A stretch of DNA of 64,000 nt from Tannerellaceae bacterium (GTDB lineage: Bacteria; Bacteroidota; Bacteroidia; Bacteroidales; Tannerellaceae). Numbering within the stretch: the first letter of the stretch is position 1; each line of letters starts with the position of its first letter. The position numbers and the translations under genes were made by a program. Where the stretch lies: positions 5,913-69,912 of the forward strand of contig JAITRW010000024.1 in the NCBI GenBank assembly GCA_031288175.1, written 5' to 3'. Positions 39,534 through 48,654 of this stretch are shown here, one piece after another. The notes beneath the pieces are model-generated. The model was not told the DNA's origin, did no database searches, and worked only from the letters and a program-made list of their open reading frames with translations.

Positions 39534-41039
39534 TCATAGCTTATTCAGCATCTTCAAAGTCGCTTTAATAGCAGCTTCCGTTTGATCGACGTCAAGTCCT
39601 CTGGTCTTGAAATCAATACCGTTGTATTGCCAATTGATGATGGTCTGGACAAGGGCATCCGTACGTCCACCCGGAGGAATTGAGACGGAATAATTTATAA
39701 GCACCGGAAAAGGCCTCTTCAGTGCGGCATATATCTTACGAAGAGCGTGTACAAAAGCATCATATTGTCCATCACCGGAAGAAGATTCTTCATAAACCTG
39801 ACCGTCAATTTCTATTTTTAGTGAGGCAACGGGCCGAAGTCCTTGCGCAAGAGAAAGAGAATAATTAAGGAGACGAACTTTGTTATTTTCTTGTGTTTCA
39901 TGATGAAGAACATCACTGATAATATAAGGGAGATCTTCAGGAGTTACTATTTCTTTCTTATCTCCAAGTTCAACAATACGATCGGTGACCCGGCGCATGG
40001 AATTTTCATCAAGGTCAATACCAAGAGTTTCGAGGTTTTTTTTGATATTCGCTTTTCCCGAATTCTTACCAAGCGCATATTCTCTAACACGCCCAAAACG
40101 TTCAGGTAAAAGATCATTGAAGTAAAGATTTCCTTTACTATCACCATCGGCGTGAACACCTGCACATTGAGTAAAAACGTATTCTCCAACAACAGGTTTA
40201 TTTGGAGACAAACGGATGCCCGAATAAGTTTCTACAAGTCGACTTATGTAATTTATTTTATTTTCGCGAAGATGCGTCTCTTCTCCAATATGATCTTTAA
40301 TAAGTGCAGCGACGCTACTAAGGGGAGCATTACCGGCACGTTCCCCTAATCCGTTAATAGTAGTGTGTATACCCTTAATACCGGCGCGGAGTGCGGAAAA
40401 AACATTTCCAACGGCCAGGTCATAGTCATTGTGTGCATGAAAATCGAAATGTAATAAGGGATAATGTTCTGTCACTTGTAGACAAAAAGTATATGTCTCA
40501 TAAGGGTTAAGGATACCAAGAGTATCCGGTAACATGTAGCGAGAAATAGGCAAATCTTTGAGGTTATCTATCATTTCAAAAACGTAGTCCGGAGAATTTT
40601 TCATTCCATTTGACCAATCTTCGAGATAAACATTAACGAAAAGACCCTTCTTTTGTGCCAGCTCAACAATGCGGCGTATATCTTCAAAATGTTGAATTGG
40701 AGTACGATGTAGTTGTTCAGTGACATGCCTGTAAGAGCCCTTACATAACAAGTTCATAACTTTACAACCCGTTGAAATAACCCAAAGAATGGATTTATCG
40801 CCATCGACGAAACCAAGAACCTCCAAAGCATTCAGAAATTCTGTCTTTTCAGCCCATCGTACCAACTTGCGAACAGCATTAAACTCTCCTTCCGATACAC
40901 GTGCCGAAGCTATTTCTATACGATCTACACCCAATTCCGCCAAAAGCACCTGAGCTATATTAAGCTTTTCGTGAGCCGCAAAAGAAACGCCCGTTGTCTG
41001 TTCCCCGTCCCGCAGGGTAGTATCCATTATTTCTATCAT
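39534..41039 (-). CDS. second IPMS/citramalate-synthase family enzyme (CimA-like paralog)
   Basis: [33 protein letters not shown]. About 500 aa with a regulatory C-terminal domain. T/A-ending codon usage, unlike leuA. Start is 41039 or 41027. Confidence 0.82.
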   Translation of the reverse strand: MIEIMDTTLRDGEQTTGVSFAAHEKLNIAQVLLAELGVDRIEIASARVSEGEFNAVRKLVRWAEKTEFLNALEVLGFVDGDKSILWVISTGCKVMNLLCKGSYRHVTEQLHRTPIQHFEDIRRIVELAQKKGLFVNVYLEDWSNGMKNSPDYVFEMIDNLKDLPISRYMLPDTLGILNPYETYTFCLQVTEHYPLLHFDFHAHNDYDLAVGNVFSALRAGIKGIHTTINGLGERAGNAPLSSVAALIKDHIGEETHLRENKINYISRLVETYSGIRLSPNKPVVGEYVFTQCAGVHADGDSKGNLYFNDLLPERFGRVREYALGKNSGKANIKKNLETLGIDLDENSMRRVTDRIVELGDKKEIVTPEDLPYIISDVLHHETQENNKVRLLNYSLSLAQGLRPVASLKIEIDGQVYEESSSGDGQYDAFVHALRKIYAALKRPFPVLINYSVSIPPGGRTDALVQTIINWQYNGIDFKTRGLDVDQTEAAIKATLKMLNKL

Positions 41040-41076
41040 CACTTTTCTGATTATAAAAGAAAACAAAGGTAGGAAA

Positions 41077-42912
41077 CTATGGGGTTAATGTAGAACGAAG
41101 AAAAAGAAGAAAGTCTTCCGGAGATGGATTATACGTATAAGGAGAAGAAAGTATTTTCTCATCAGGAGAAAGAATTATGTAATACGGTTGGGCATTGGCA
41201 CCGAAACGGTTACGCTGGAAAAAACTCCACTTATCTCCCACTGTTTTTAACCGCCTGTTACGTCCTTGATCTTGCACCGTTTGAGGATGAGGTAAAGGTG
41301 TTTTATCATCCACAAAAAGAGAAACAAGAACAAAAGAATCTTCTATAAGTTTTTTTACTCGAGTATCTGTCCAAACAGAAGCCTCCATTTTTCGGCAATT
41401 CACACAACCAAAACCTGTAAAATCTATTAAGACAGGTTTTTTTACTTGCCTCGCATAAGCTATTCCTTCTTCATAGTCGGTAAAAAGCGGTTGTACTTCA
41501 TTTTCATACAAATTAAAATCCTGTGTAGAAAGAGGAGGAGTAAAAGCACTTATAGCCTTCAAAGGAGCTCCCCAAAGTCCGGGCAACATATAAAAAGAAA
41601 AAGAAAGAGAAACAATAGCTGCAAAAAAACGAAATATGCCAAGTGAATTGAGTGGAGTATCATGTACAAACCGAATAAATCCAAGTAAATAACATCCTAA
41701 TAAAGCAAAAATAATTATCCAAATAGAAAGAAATATTTCTCTATCTAATATATGCCATCCATAAGCCATATCTGCTACAGAAAGAAACTTTAAAGACAAA
41801 GCTAATTCAAGAAAACCCAACGTTACTTTAATCACATTCATCCATCCTCCTGATTTAGGTATTTGTTTCATCAATTCCGGAAAGACAGAAAAAAAAGCAA
41901 AAGGAATAGCTAAAGCCAAAGAAAAACCAAACATACCAATTGCAGGACCCAAAAGAGAACCTAACGAAGCTGCTTCCACGAGTAAAGTACCTATAATAGG
42001 ACCTGTACAAGAAAAAGAAACTAATACCAAAGTAAATGCCATAAAGAATATACCCGCCACTCCCCCTACAATATCGGCTTTGTTATCCATTTTCGTTGTC
42101 CACGAAGAAGGAAACTTCAATTCAAAGGACCCAAAAAAAGAAACAGCAAATATCAGCAAAAGAAAAAAGAAAAACACATTAAATATTGCATGGGTAGCCA
42201 TTTCATTCAATGCACTTGCTCCAAAAAGAATTGTTATTACCAAACCAATTAATATATAAATAAGAATAATAGAAAATCCATACATAAAAGCATCTATTAT
42301 AGACTTTCTCCTATTTTTAACTCTTTTAAGAAAGAAACCTACTGTCATAGGAATCATCGGCCATACACAAGGAGTAACAATAGCTATCAACCCTCCCATA
42401 AATCCAGTAAAAAAAATAAATAATAAAGAATTATCCTCTTTTTGATAAACAGAAGAATAAACAGTTTCATTCGACACTTGAGAAACAAAAGAAAAAGATA
42501 TTCGTTCAGGAGGCAAACATTGTTCCGCATCACAAGCCATATACTCCAACTCGCCTATCAAATGAAATGTTACTGTATCTGATATTTTAAACGGAATAAA
42601 AAAGGATACCTCTTTACTGAACCAGCGTAATTCCATATCAAAAGTGGTGTCATATACTTTCTCCGAAGGAACAGAAGAAAATAAATTACCCATCCATTCC
42701 ACTCCTTCCATAACTTCAAAAGAAACAGAAGTGGATACAGGTCCTCCAACAGGTAAACCGGTATCGTATATATGCCAACCTTCCTCACAAACAGCAGTAA
42801 AAAAAAGGGTATCTACTTCTTTTCCTACTTTTCTTTCTATATTCCACAATACCGGCGTCAAGATCTGAGCTTGGATAGAAAAAGTTATTAAACTAAAAAA
42901 TAACCACTTCAT
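41077..42912 (-). CDS. dsbD: thiol:disulfide interchange protein DsbD-like (N-terminal domain + CcdA-type TM core + C-terminal thioredoxin)
   Basis: 611 aa with a signal peptide. ACDAEQCLPP in the N-terminal domain, TPCVWPMIP and SCTGPI in the TM core, FTGFGCVNCRKME thioredoxin motif. Confidence 0.85.
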   Translation of the reverse strand: MKWLFFSLITFSIQAQILTPVLWNIERKVGKEVDTLFFTAVCEEGWHIYDTGLPVGGPVSTSVSFEVMEGVEWMGNLFSSVPSEKVYDTTFDMELRWFSKEVSFFIPFKISDTVTFHLIGELEYMACDAEQCLPPERISFSFVSQVSNETVYSSVYQKEDNSLLFIFFTGFMGGLIAIVTPCVWPMIPMTVGFFLKRVKNRRKSIIDAFMYGFSIILIYILIGLVITILFGASALNEMATHAIFNVFFFFLLLIFAVSFFGSFELKFPSSWTTKMDNKADIVGGVAGIFFMAFTLVLVSFSCTGPIIGTLLVEAASLGSLLGPAIGMFGFSLALAIPFAFFSVFPELMKQIPKSGGWMNVIKVTLGFLELALSLKFLSVADMAYGWHILDREIFLSIWIIIFALLGCYLLGFIRFVHDTPLNSLGIFRFFAAIVSLSFSFYMLPGLWGAPLKAISAFTPPLSTQDFNLYENEVQPLFTDYEEGIAYARQVKKPVLIDFTGFGCVNCRKMEASVWTDTRVKKLIEDSFVLVSLFVDDKTPLPHPQTVQDQGRNRRLKTVGDKWSFFQRNRFGANAQPYYIILSPDEKILSSPYTYNPSPEDFLLFLRSTLTP

Positions 42913-43020
42913 ATATATTATTACTTAAAAAAACTTACACGGTTTATATATTCAGAAACAAAAGTAATGTACTTCCTCACAAAGATACTTTCCTAAGCTT
43001 CCTTGATCCGAAAGTTTTTA

Positions 43021-43028
43021 TACCTTTG
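43021..43028 (+). promoter_or_regulatory. -7 promoter box TAccTTTG upstream of tRNA-Pro
   Basis: Consensus match, 20 nt before the tRNA 5' end. Confidence 0.5.
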
Positions 43029-43047
43029 TATCCCGAAAACAAATATT

Positions 43048-43122
43048 CGGGGTGTAGCGCAGTCCGGTTAGCGCACCTGCTTTGGGAGCAGGGGGTCACA
43101 AGTTCGAATCTTGTTACCCCGA
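43048..43122 (+). tRNA. tRNA-Pro (anticodon UGG)
   Basis: 75-nt cloverleaf folded by hand. Acceptor CGGGGTG/TACCCCG, D arm GCGC/GCGC, anticodon stem CCTGC/GCAGG with loop TTTGGGA, T arm ACAAG-TTCGAAT-CTTGT. Confidence 0.93.
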
Positions 43123-43130
43123 CAATAATA

Positions 43131-43616
43131 TTACTTATTTAGTTTATTAAATAAGTAATGTATAGAAAGGGCTGCGGCAACAGATACATTCAAAGATTTT
43201 TTAGTTCCATATTGAGAGATTTCTATACAATAGTCACAAAAATCCAAAACTTGTTGCTGTACACCTTTTACTTCATTACCTAACACGAGGGCATACTTTT
43301 TTTCTTCTTCCGGAATCCATAAATCCATAGGAATACTGTTTTTCGTTTGTTCTACCGCACAAAGTATATAACCTTCCTTACGGAGTGATTCAAGTGCATG
43401 TATAGTAAACTTACTATATTTCCATAAAACAGTATTTTCTGCGCCAAGTGCCGTCTTATGAATCTCCGGATGAGGAGGACAAGCTGTTATTTCACACAAA
43501 TAAATTTTCTGTACACAAAATGCATCCGAAGTTCTAAAAATAGATCCTACATTATAAATACTCCTAATACGATCTAATACCACTACTATATATATTCTAT
43601 TTTGTAACCTGTTCAT
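43131..43616 (-). CDS. SpoU/TrmH-family RNA 2'-O-methyltransferase
   Basis: 161 aa. NVGSIFRTSDAF, LVLGNEVKGV, and SLNVSVAAA, the SPOUT knot motifs. Confidence 0.85.
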   Translation of the reverse strand: MNRLQNRIYIVVVLDRIRSIYNVGSIFRTSDAFCVQKIYLCEITACPPHPEIHKTALGAENTVLWKYSKFTIHALESLRKEGYILCAVEQTKNSIPMDLWIPEEEKKYALVLGNEVKGVQQQVLDFCDYCIEISQYGTKKSLNVSVAAALSIHYLFNKLNK

Positions 43617-43917
43617 ATTTATTTATTTGAATGTAGAAAACAAGAATATAAATTGTTCATATCCTGTTTATAAACCCTGTATAAATACTTTTCAACATTT
43701 CATCAACAGTTTATTAAAGATCGCTGTCAAAAAAGTATCTTGTGTACATAAGCATTTTATCCTGTTATTGAATATTTGAACAACCTATAATCATCACTGA
43801 TATTTTCAAGCCTAAATAATATAATTATATAATGCTGTCTACAAGCATAATTTGGCAGGAAATACATAACTTTGTCAGCTCTATGAATGAAACTGTAAAG
43901 ATAAAGAAAATGAGAAT

Positions 43918-45087
43918 ATGAGCACAGATATACAGCAAGTTAAACAGCGGTTTGGCATCATAGGAAACCATATGGCTCTGGACAGGGCTATCTATGTGGC
44001 TTTACAGGTGGCTCCTACCGATGCTTCTGTTTTGATTACGGGAGAAAGTGGTGTAGGTAAGGAGTTTTTTCCTCAAATTATACATAATAACAGTTTAAGA
44101 AAACATGGTGAGTATATAGCAGTCAACTGTGGGGCTATTCCCGAAGGAACGATTGATTCCGAGCTATTTGGGCATGAAAAAGGTTCTTTTACAGGAGCTC
44201 TTGCAGAAAGAAAAGGATATTTTGAAGTAGTTAATAGTGGTACTATTTTTTTGGATGAAGTGGGAGAGTTACCTGTGCCTACTCAAGCTCGTTTATTAAG
44301 AGTATTGGAAACAGGAGAATTTATGAGGGTAGGCTCATCGAAAGTTTTTAAAACTAATGTAAGGGTAGTGGCTGCTACTAATGTAGATCTGATGAACGCT
44401 GTATTAAAAGGTAAGTTCAGAGAAGATCTGTTTTATAGGTTAAGTAGTATACCTATTCAGATACCTCCCCTGAGAGAACGGGGTGAAGAGGATATTTTAT
44501 TGTTATTTCGTAAGTTTGCAACCGATTGTGCGGAAAAATATAAAATGCCGTCTGTAATTAAATTGGATGAAAGCGCTAAAAAAGTATTAGTAAGTTATAG
44601 GTGGCCTGGAAATGTAAGGGAATTGAAGAATGTAACGGAACGTATATCTGTAATTGAAGAGAGAAGAAACATAAGTGGAGATATATTGAAATATTATTTA
44701 CCTAAAAAGGAAATTGAGAACTTTCCTATGTTATTAAGGGAAACAGAAAATGGAAAAATATTTGGAAGCGAACGGGAAATATTGTATCAGGTTTTATTCG
44801 ATATGAAGAAAGATGTGGCAGAGTTGAAAACATTAGTTCATGATATTATGTCAGGTAGTGTTAGGGTAGATGGGGGTATAAATTATTCTAATATGGATCA
44901 TGGAAAATCTATACAGGAAGTAGTTGATGTAATTGAAGAAGAAACTGTATCTTTGGCAGATGCTGAAAGGGAAGCTATCCGGAAAATGTTGGACAAGTTT
45001 GGAGGAAAAAGAAAGAAAGCAGCTGAAGAATTGGGTATTTCAGAACGTACTTTATATAGGAAAATTAGAGAATATGGGTTGGAATAA
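43918..45087 (+). CDS. sigma-54-dependent Fis-family transcriptional activator (AAA+ plus HTH, no receiver domain)
   Basis: GESGVGKE, ESELFGHEKGSFTGA (GAFTGA-type loop), RVVAATN, RWPGNVRELKNV, C-terminal HTH ELGISERTLYRKI. Confidence 0.88.
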   Translation: MSTDIQQVKQRFGIIGNHMALDRAIYVALQVAPTDASVLITGESGVGKEFFPQIIHNNSLRKHGEYIAVNCGAIPEGTIDSELFGHEKGSFTGALAERKGYFEVVNSGTIFLDEVGELPVPTQARLLRVLETGEFMRVGSSKVFKTNVRVVAATNVDLMNAVLKGKFREDLFYRLSSIPIQIPPLRERGEEDILLLFRKFATDCAEKYKMPSVIKLDESAKKVLVSYRWPGNVRELKNVTERISVIEERRNISGDILKYYLPKKEIENFPMLLRETENGKIFGSEREILYQVLFDMKKDVAELKTLVHDIMSGSVRVDGGINYSNMDHGKSIQEVVDVIEEETVSLADAEREAIRKMLDKFGGKRKKAAEELGISERTLYRKIREYGLE

Positions 45088-45580
45088 ATTTATATATATT
45101 TATTTGGTAATATTATTAATAGGATGTAAGATGGCTTACAGGTTCAATGCTGCATCTATTGATTATAATATTGTTTCTTCCATATCTATAGGAGATTTTC
45201 CTAATAGAGCGCCTTTAGTATATCCTCCTTTATCTGCTTTATTTTCCGAAAAAATGAAAGATAAGTTTGTAACAAAGACGAAGCTTAGCTTGGCGAATGA
45301 AAATGGAAACTTAAATATAGACGGAAATATAATAGCTTATGAATTGTCCCCAATGGCAGTAAAGGAAGATGCTTGGGCATCGGAAACAAAGTTAACTATA
45401 ACGGTACTTGTCAAATTTACAAATGAAAAAAATCATGATAAAGACTTTGAACGAAATTTTTCGGCTTATAGAAATTTTCCTTCTACAAGTATGTTAACGG
45501 AAGTAGAAAGTGAATTATGTGATGAAATCGTAGATGAAATCGTAGATGCTGTCTTTAATGCTACTGTAGCAGACTGGTAA
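45074..45580 (+). CDS. lptE: LptE-like lipoprotein
   Basis: Start at MGWNKF, overlapping the activator stop. Lipobox LLIGC. Its position between the sigma-54 activator and secG is the conserved Bacteroidota arrangement (from memory). Confidence 0.55.
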   Translation: MGWNKFIYIYLVILLIGCKMAYRFNAASIDYNIVSSISIGDFPNRAPLVYPPLSALFSEKMKDKFVTKTKLSLANENGNLNIDGNIIAYELSPMAVKEDAWASETKLTITVLVKFTNEKNHDKDFERNFSAYRNFPSTSMLTEVESELCDEIVDEIVDAVFNATVADW

Positions 45581-45601
45581 TATTATAAAAAATAAAATCA
45601 A

Positions 45602-46279
45602 ATGAAAATCGATGATTTTTATAACTATATAGATGATATGTATTCACTATCGGATGAATCATTTTCAGATATAGAAAATTTATCAAATGAATTTCCTTAT
45701 TTTGCGGCTGTAAAATTTATTTATTTGAAAAATATTCTGAAAGTAAAAGATAATAATTTTCCGGAAAAAAATGAATATGAAATGTTTTATTTACCCGATA
45801 GAAGAAAATTATTTCTTTTGATAGAAAATACATATATAAAATCAGAAGACAAATTGGTGGATTTTGATAAGATAGATAGTTTCTTATATTTACATGGAAA
45901 AAACAATGAAACAGATACTTTATTGGAAACAGCGACAACATCCGATTATTTTGTTAGAATAGAAGAAAATAATTTTCCGGAAAATATCACGGGATGGGAA
46001 AAATTGAATTCCTTTATTGTCGATAATGAAAAGACAGAGAGGTTTAGAAAAAAAATAAGGAAGGATCTATTGATAGATAATCAAACGCATTTGCTTGTAT
46101 CGAATCCTTCCGTGTCTGAAAAAGAAGATCTTTTCTCGACGGAATCCCTGGCACAGGTCTATATAGCGCAGGGAAAATATGAGCATGCCTTGAAAATTTT
46201 TGAGCAATTACGCTTGAATTATCCGGAAAAAGAAGATTACTTTGCAACGCGTATCTCCGACTTGGAAAAGTATTTGTAG
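45602..46279 (+). CDS. hypothetical protein with a C-terminal TPR-like helix pair
   Basis: 225 aa and very AT-rich. The C-terminus AQVYIAQGKYEHALKIFEQLRLNYPEKEDYF resembles a TPR. Confidence 0.5.
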   Translation: MKIDDFYNYIDDMYSLSDESFSDIENLSNEFPYFAAVKFIYLKNILKVKDNNFPEKNEYEMFYLPDRRKLFLLIENTYIKSEDKLVDFDKIDSFLYLHGKNNETDTLLETATTSDYFVRIEENNFPENITGWEKLNSFIVDNEKTERFRKKIRKDLLIDNQTHLLVSNPSVSEKEDLFSTESLAQVYIAQGKYEHALKIFEQLRLNYPEKEDYFATRISDLEKYL

Positions 46280-46304
46280 TGTATTATTAAAATTAGTTGA
46301 TATT

Positions 46305-46640
46305 ATGTATATATTCATCTCCGTGTTGATTTTAGTAGCTTCTGTATTGCTGATCCTTATAGTATTGATACAGAACTCAAAAGGTGGAGGTTTAGCCTCT
46401 GGTTTTGCCTCTTCTAACCAGATTATGGGGGTGAGGAAAACTACAGATTTCTTGGAAAAAGCCACCTGGTCGCTGGCCGGTACGGTACTTCTTTTGAGTA
46501 TCCTTATTACAGCTTTCATTCCACGACAAGGAACTTCGGGCAATGAATCGGAAATAAGGCAGCAAGTAAATGAAGCTCCTGTGGGTATGGACGCCCCCAA
46601 CTTTGAAAACTCTTTACCGGAAACAGAGGAAGGCGAATAG
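46305..46640 (+). CDS. secG: preprotein translocase subunit SecG
   Basis: Start at MYIFISVLILVASVLLILIVLIQNSKGGGL, the classic SecG motif, plus a second TM helix. Confidence 0.85.
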   Translation: MYIFISVLILVASVLLILIVLIQNSKGGGLASGFASSNQIMGVRKTTDFLEKATWSLAGTVLLLSILITAFIPRQGTSGNESEIRQQVNEAPVGMDAPNFENSLPETEEGE

Positions 46641-46716
46641 TTTACGACTTAGATAGCTCGGCCTCTATCTACAGAAATACTGTTTATTGCCCTCTTTTTT
46701 AACAATCGCTCTCTTT

Positions 46717-47553
46717 ATGGAAAGGTGTAGAAAGATAGGCATTTTCGGCGGAGAAGGAGATAAGGCTAAGGAATGTGTCAATAAGATTGTAAGTAAATTG
46801 AGGAATATGGGGGTTGAAACCTTGTTAGATGAAGATCTGCAAGGAGGTATAGAGAATTGTGGCTTGGATATAGGGTTAAGTGTGGGGGGAGATGGCACTT
46901 TCCTGAAAACCGTAGCTAAAGTAAATAAAAAAAATATACCTATACTGGGGGTAAATACAGGTAATCTTGGCTTTCTGGCTGATGTGAAGGTAGAGTTTGT
47001 TGAGATTGTCCTGGAATCTGTACTGTCGGGAAAATTCACCATTGAAGAAAGGGTAATCCTTCGCTTATCTACCGAAAAACGTTTTTTTAGAGGTTTCAAT
47101 TACGCGTTGAATGAAATAGCCATTCTTAAACGGGATTCTTCAGCCATGATTACCATTGATACTTGGCTGGATAATGAATTTTTCACCTCTTACAGAGCCG
47201 ATGGTCTGATTGTCGCTACCCCCACAGGATCGACGGCTTATTCCATGAGTGCCGGCGGGCCCATCGTTTCGCCTTTGTGCGCTTGTACTTTATTGGCGCC
47301 CGTAGCCGCTCACTCTTTAAGTGTTAGACCCTTAGTTGTTCCGGATCTCACCACTATAAAACTGAAAGTCACATCCAGAAGCGATACCTTCTTAATTGCT
47401 CTGGACGGACGATCAGAAGTCTTTCCCGCCGGTATGGAATTGCAAATAGACAAAGCCGCCTTTTCCGCAAAGGTCGTTAAACCATTGGGTATGTCTTTTT
47501 ATAAAACTTTGAGGGAAAAATTGGGCTGGAGCGCCAATGCGGCTAATTCATAG
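46717..47553 (+). CDS. nadK: NAD kinase
   Basis: Start at MERCRKIGIF. GGDGTFL, NTGNLGFL, ATPTGSTAYSMSAGGPIV. Confidence 0.9.
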   Translation: MERCRKIGIFGGEGDKAKECVNKIVSKLRNMGVETLLDEDLQGGIENCGLDIGLSVGGDGTFLKTVAKVNKKNIPILGVNTGNLGFLADVKVEFVEIVLESVLSGKFTIEERVILRLSTEKRFFRGFNYALNEIAILKRDSSAMITIDTWLDNEFFTSYRADGLIVATPTGSTAYSMSAGGPIVSPLCACTLLAPVAAHSLSVRPLVVPDLTTIKLKVTSRSDTFLIALDGRSEVFPAGMELQIDKAAFSAKVVKPLGMSFYKTLREKLGWSANAANS

Positions 47554-48488
47554 ATTTCTCTTTCTTTCTTGGATTTCATATCCCTCAGATTTCTTTTCTT
47601 TTTCCTCTCAATAACATCTTCCAAATCACGAATAATTGTCATATCCAATACTTTACTGTATATCTCCGTGGTTTGTACACTTTGGTGACCTAGTAGTTTC
47701 TGTACAGTTGTTATATTTGCACCATAGTATAAAAGCAATGTTGCATTCGTGTGACGGGACGAATGAAACGATATGCGCTTGTTTATATTTGCTTTCTTTG
47801 CAAGATAGAGTAATTGTTTGTTTATATTTGAATTAGATTGATTGGATATATTGAAAAAATTCTCGTATTTTCCCATATACTTATTATATAAAATCAAAGC
47901 TTTGCTCTCAAAAACTAAATACAATGGTATACGTATCTCTGTTTTTGTCTTTACCGTTGTATAACTTAACCATGGCATACCTTCTATTATTGTAAAGTTG
48001 TCATTCTTCAACCTTATCACGTCAGAAAAACGCATCCCCGTATAACAACAAAAAAGAAATACGTCAAGGCTTCTTTGTAAACTGCCGTTCTTGGTTATTT
48101 CCAATTTTTCGAATCTTTCCAGTTCCTCCGGCGTCATAAACGAACGGCTCGTTACCTTATTGGCTATCTTATATCTTCGAAATGGATACTTCTCAAGGCT
48201 ATATAATTCTAAGTTGATAGCTATATTGATGTATCGTTTGATATGTTTCATGTGTTTCGATATAGTATTATCCCCATATTTCTGCGAACTAAGGAAATGT
48301 CCGAAACCGGATAGAAATTCGTAATTGATATCCTTTATCTCTATCTCCGATTTAAATAAATTAATCAGTCTTATTGTAGATAAATGACTTTTCTTCGTAG
48401 AAGCGCTTAAACAACTTCGCTCCATTTCTTCTTTCATAAAGTCAACGAACTTCTTACTTTCACCCTTTTGTCTTTTTAACTCTTTCAT
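47499..48488 (-). CDS. tyrosine-type site-specific recombinase/integrase (short, about 330 aa, no arm-binding domain evident)
   Basis: Catalytic region GMRFSDV, HSSRHTNATLLL, LLGHQSVQTTEIYSKV (R..HxxR..Y). AT-rich. Its 3' end overlaps the nadK 3' end by 55 nt. A minus-strand TAtcTTTG box lies at 48573..48580. Confidence 0.88.
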   Translation of the reverse strand: MKELKRQKGESKKFVDFMKEEMERSCLSASTKKSHLSTIRLINLFKSEIEIKDINYEFLSGFGHFLSSQKYGDNTISKHMKHIKRYINIAINLELYSLEKYPFRRYKIANKVTSRSFMTPEELERFEKLEITKNGSLQRSLDVFLFCCYTGMRFSDVIRLKNDNFTIIEGMPWLSYTTVKTKTEIRIPLYLVFESKALILYNKYMGKYENFFNISNQSNSNINKQLLYLAKKANINKRISFHSSRHTNATLLLYYGANITTVQKLLGHQSVQTTEIYSKVLDMTIIRDLEDVIERKKKRNLRDMKSKKEREIYELAALALQPNFSLKVL

Positions 48489-48654
48489 GAATTTTATTGA
48501 TTTGTTTAGTTTTACTATAACGGATAAATCCCTTATTCCTTTTCATAATAAAAGTTATTGTTTTTAGTGGTGCAAAGATAGGTATCATTATTGATTCCTT
48601 TGTCAAGTTCTTTTCTTTCACTATCTTCGCTCCTCATAAACGAACCTTTTTATT

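Noticed and set aside
43853-43858. TGGCAG, resembling the -24 element of a sigma-54 promoter, upstream of the sigma-54 activator gene.
   Set aside because: No TTGC(A/T) -12 element at the required spacing (TGGCAGgaaatACAT). A normal TAacTTTG -7 box at 43867..43874 explains the promoter.
43879-43920. A 12-codon upstream ORF (MNETVKIKKMRI) overlapping the start of the sigma-54 activator gene by ATGA.
   Set aside because: It is very short and AT-rich, with no conserved feature to support translation. It could arise by chance in a 300-nt AT-rich spacer.
46650-46671. The hairpin TAGATAG-N8-CTATCTA after secG, considered as a terminator.
   Set aside because: It has only a 7-bp AT-rich stem, no downstream T tract, and nadK follows closely on the same strand. 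I am not confident enough to annotate it.
47591-48618. The direct repeat TTCTTTTCTTT on both sides of the recombinase gene (47591..47601 and 48608..48618), considered as possible att-site duplicates.
   Set aside because: It is an 11-nt low-complexity pyrimidine run in AT-rich DNA. The left copy lies inside the recombinase coding region. This is too weak to call target-site duplication.
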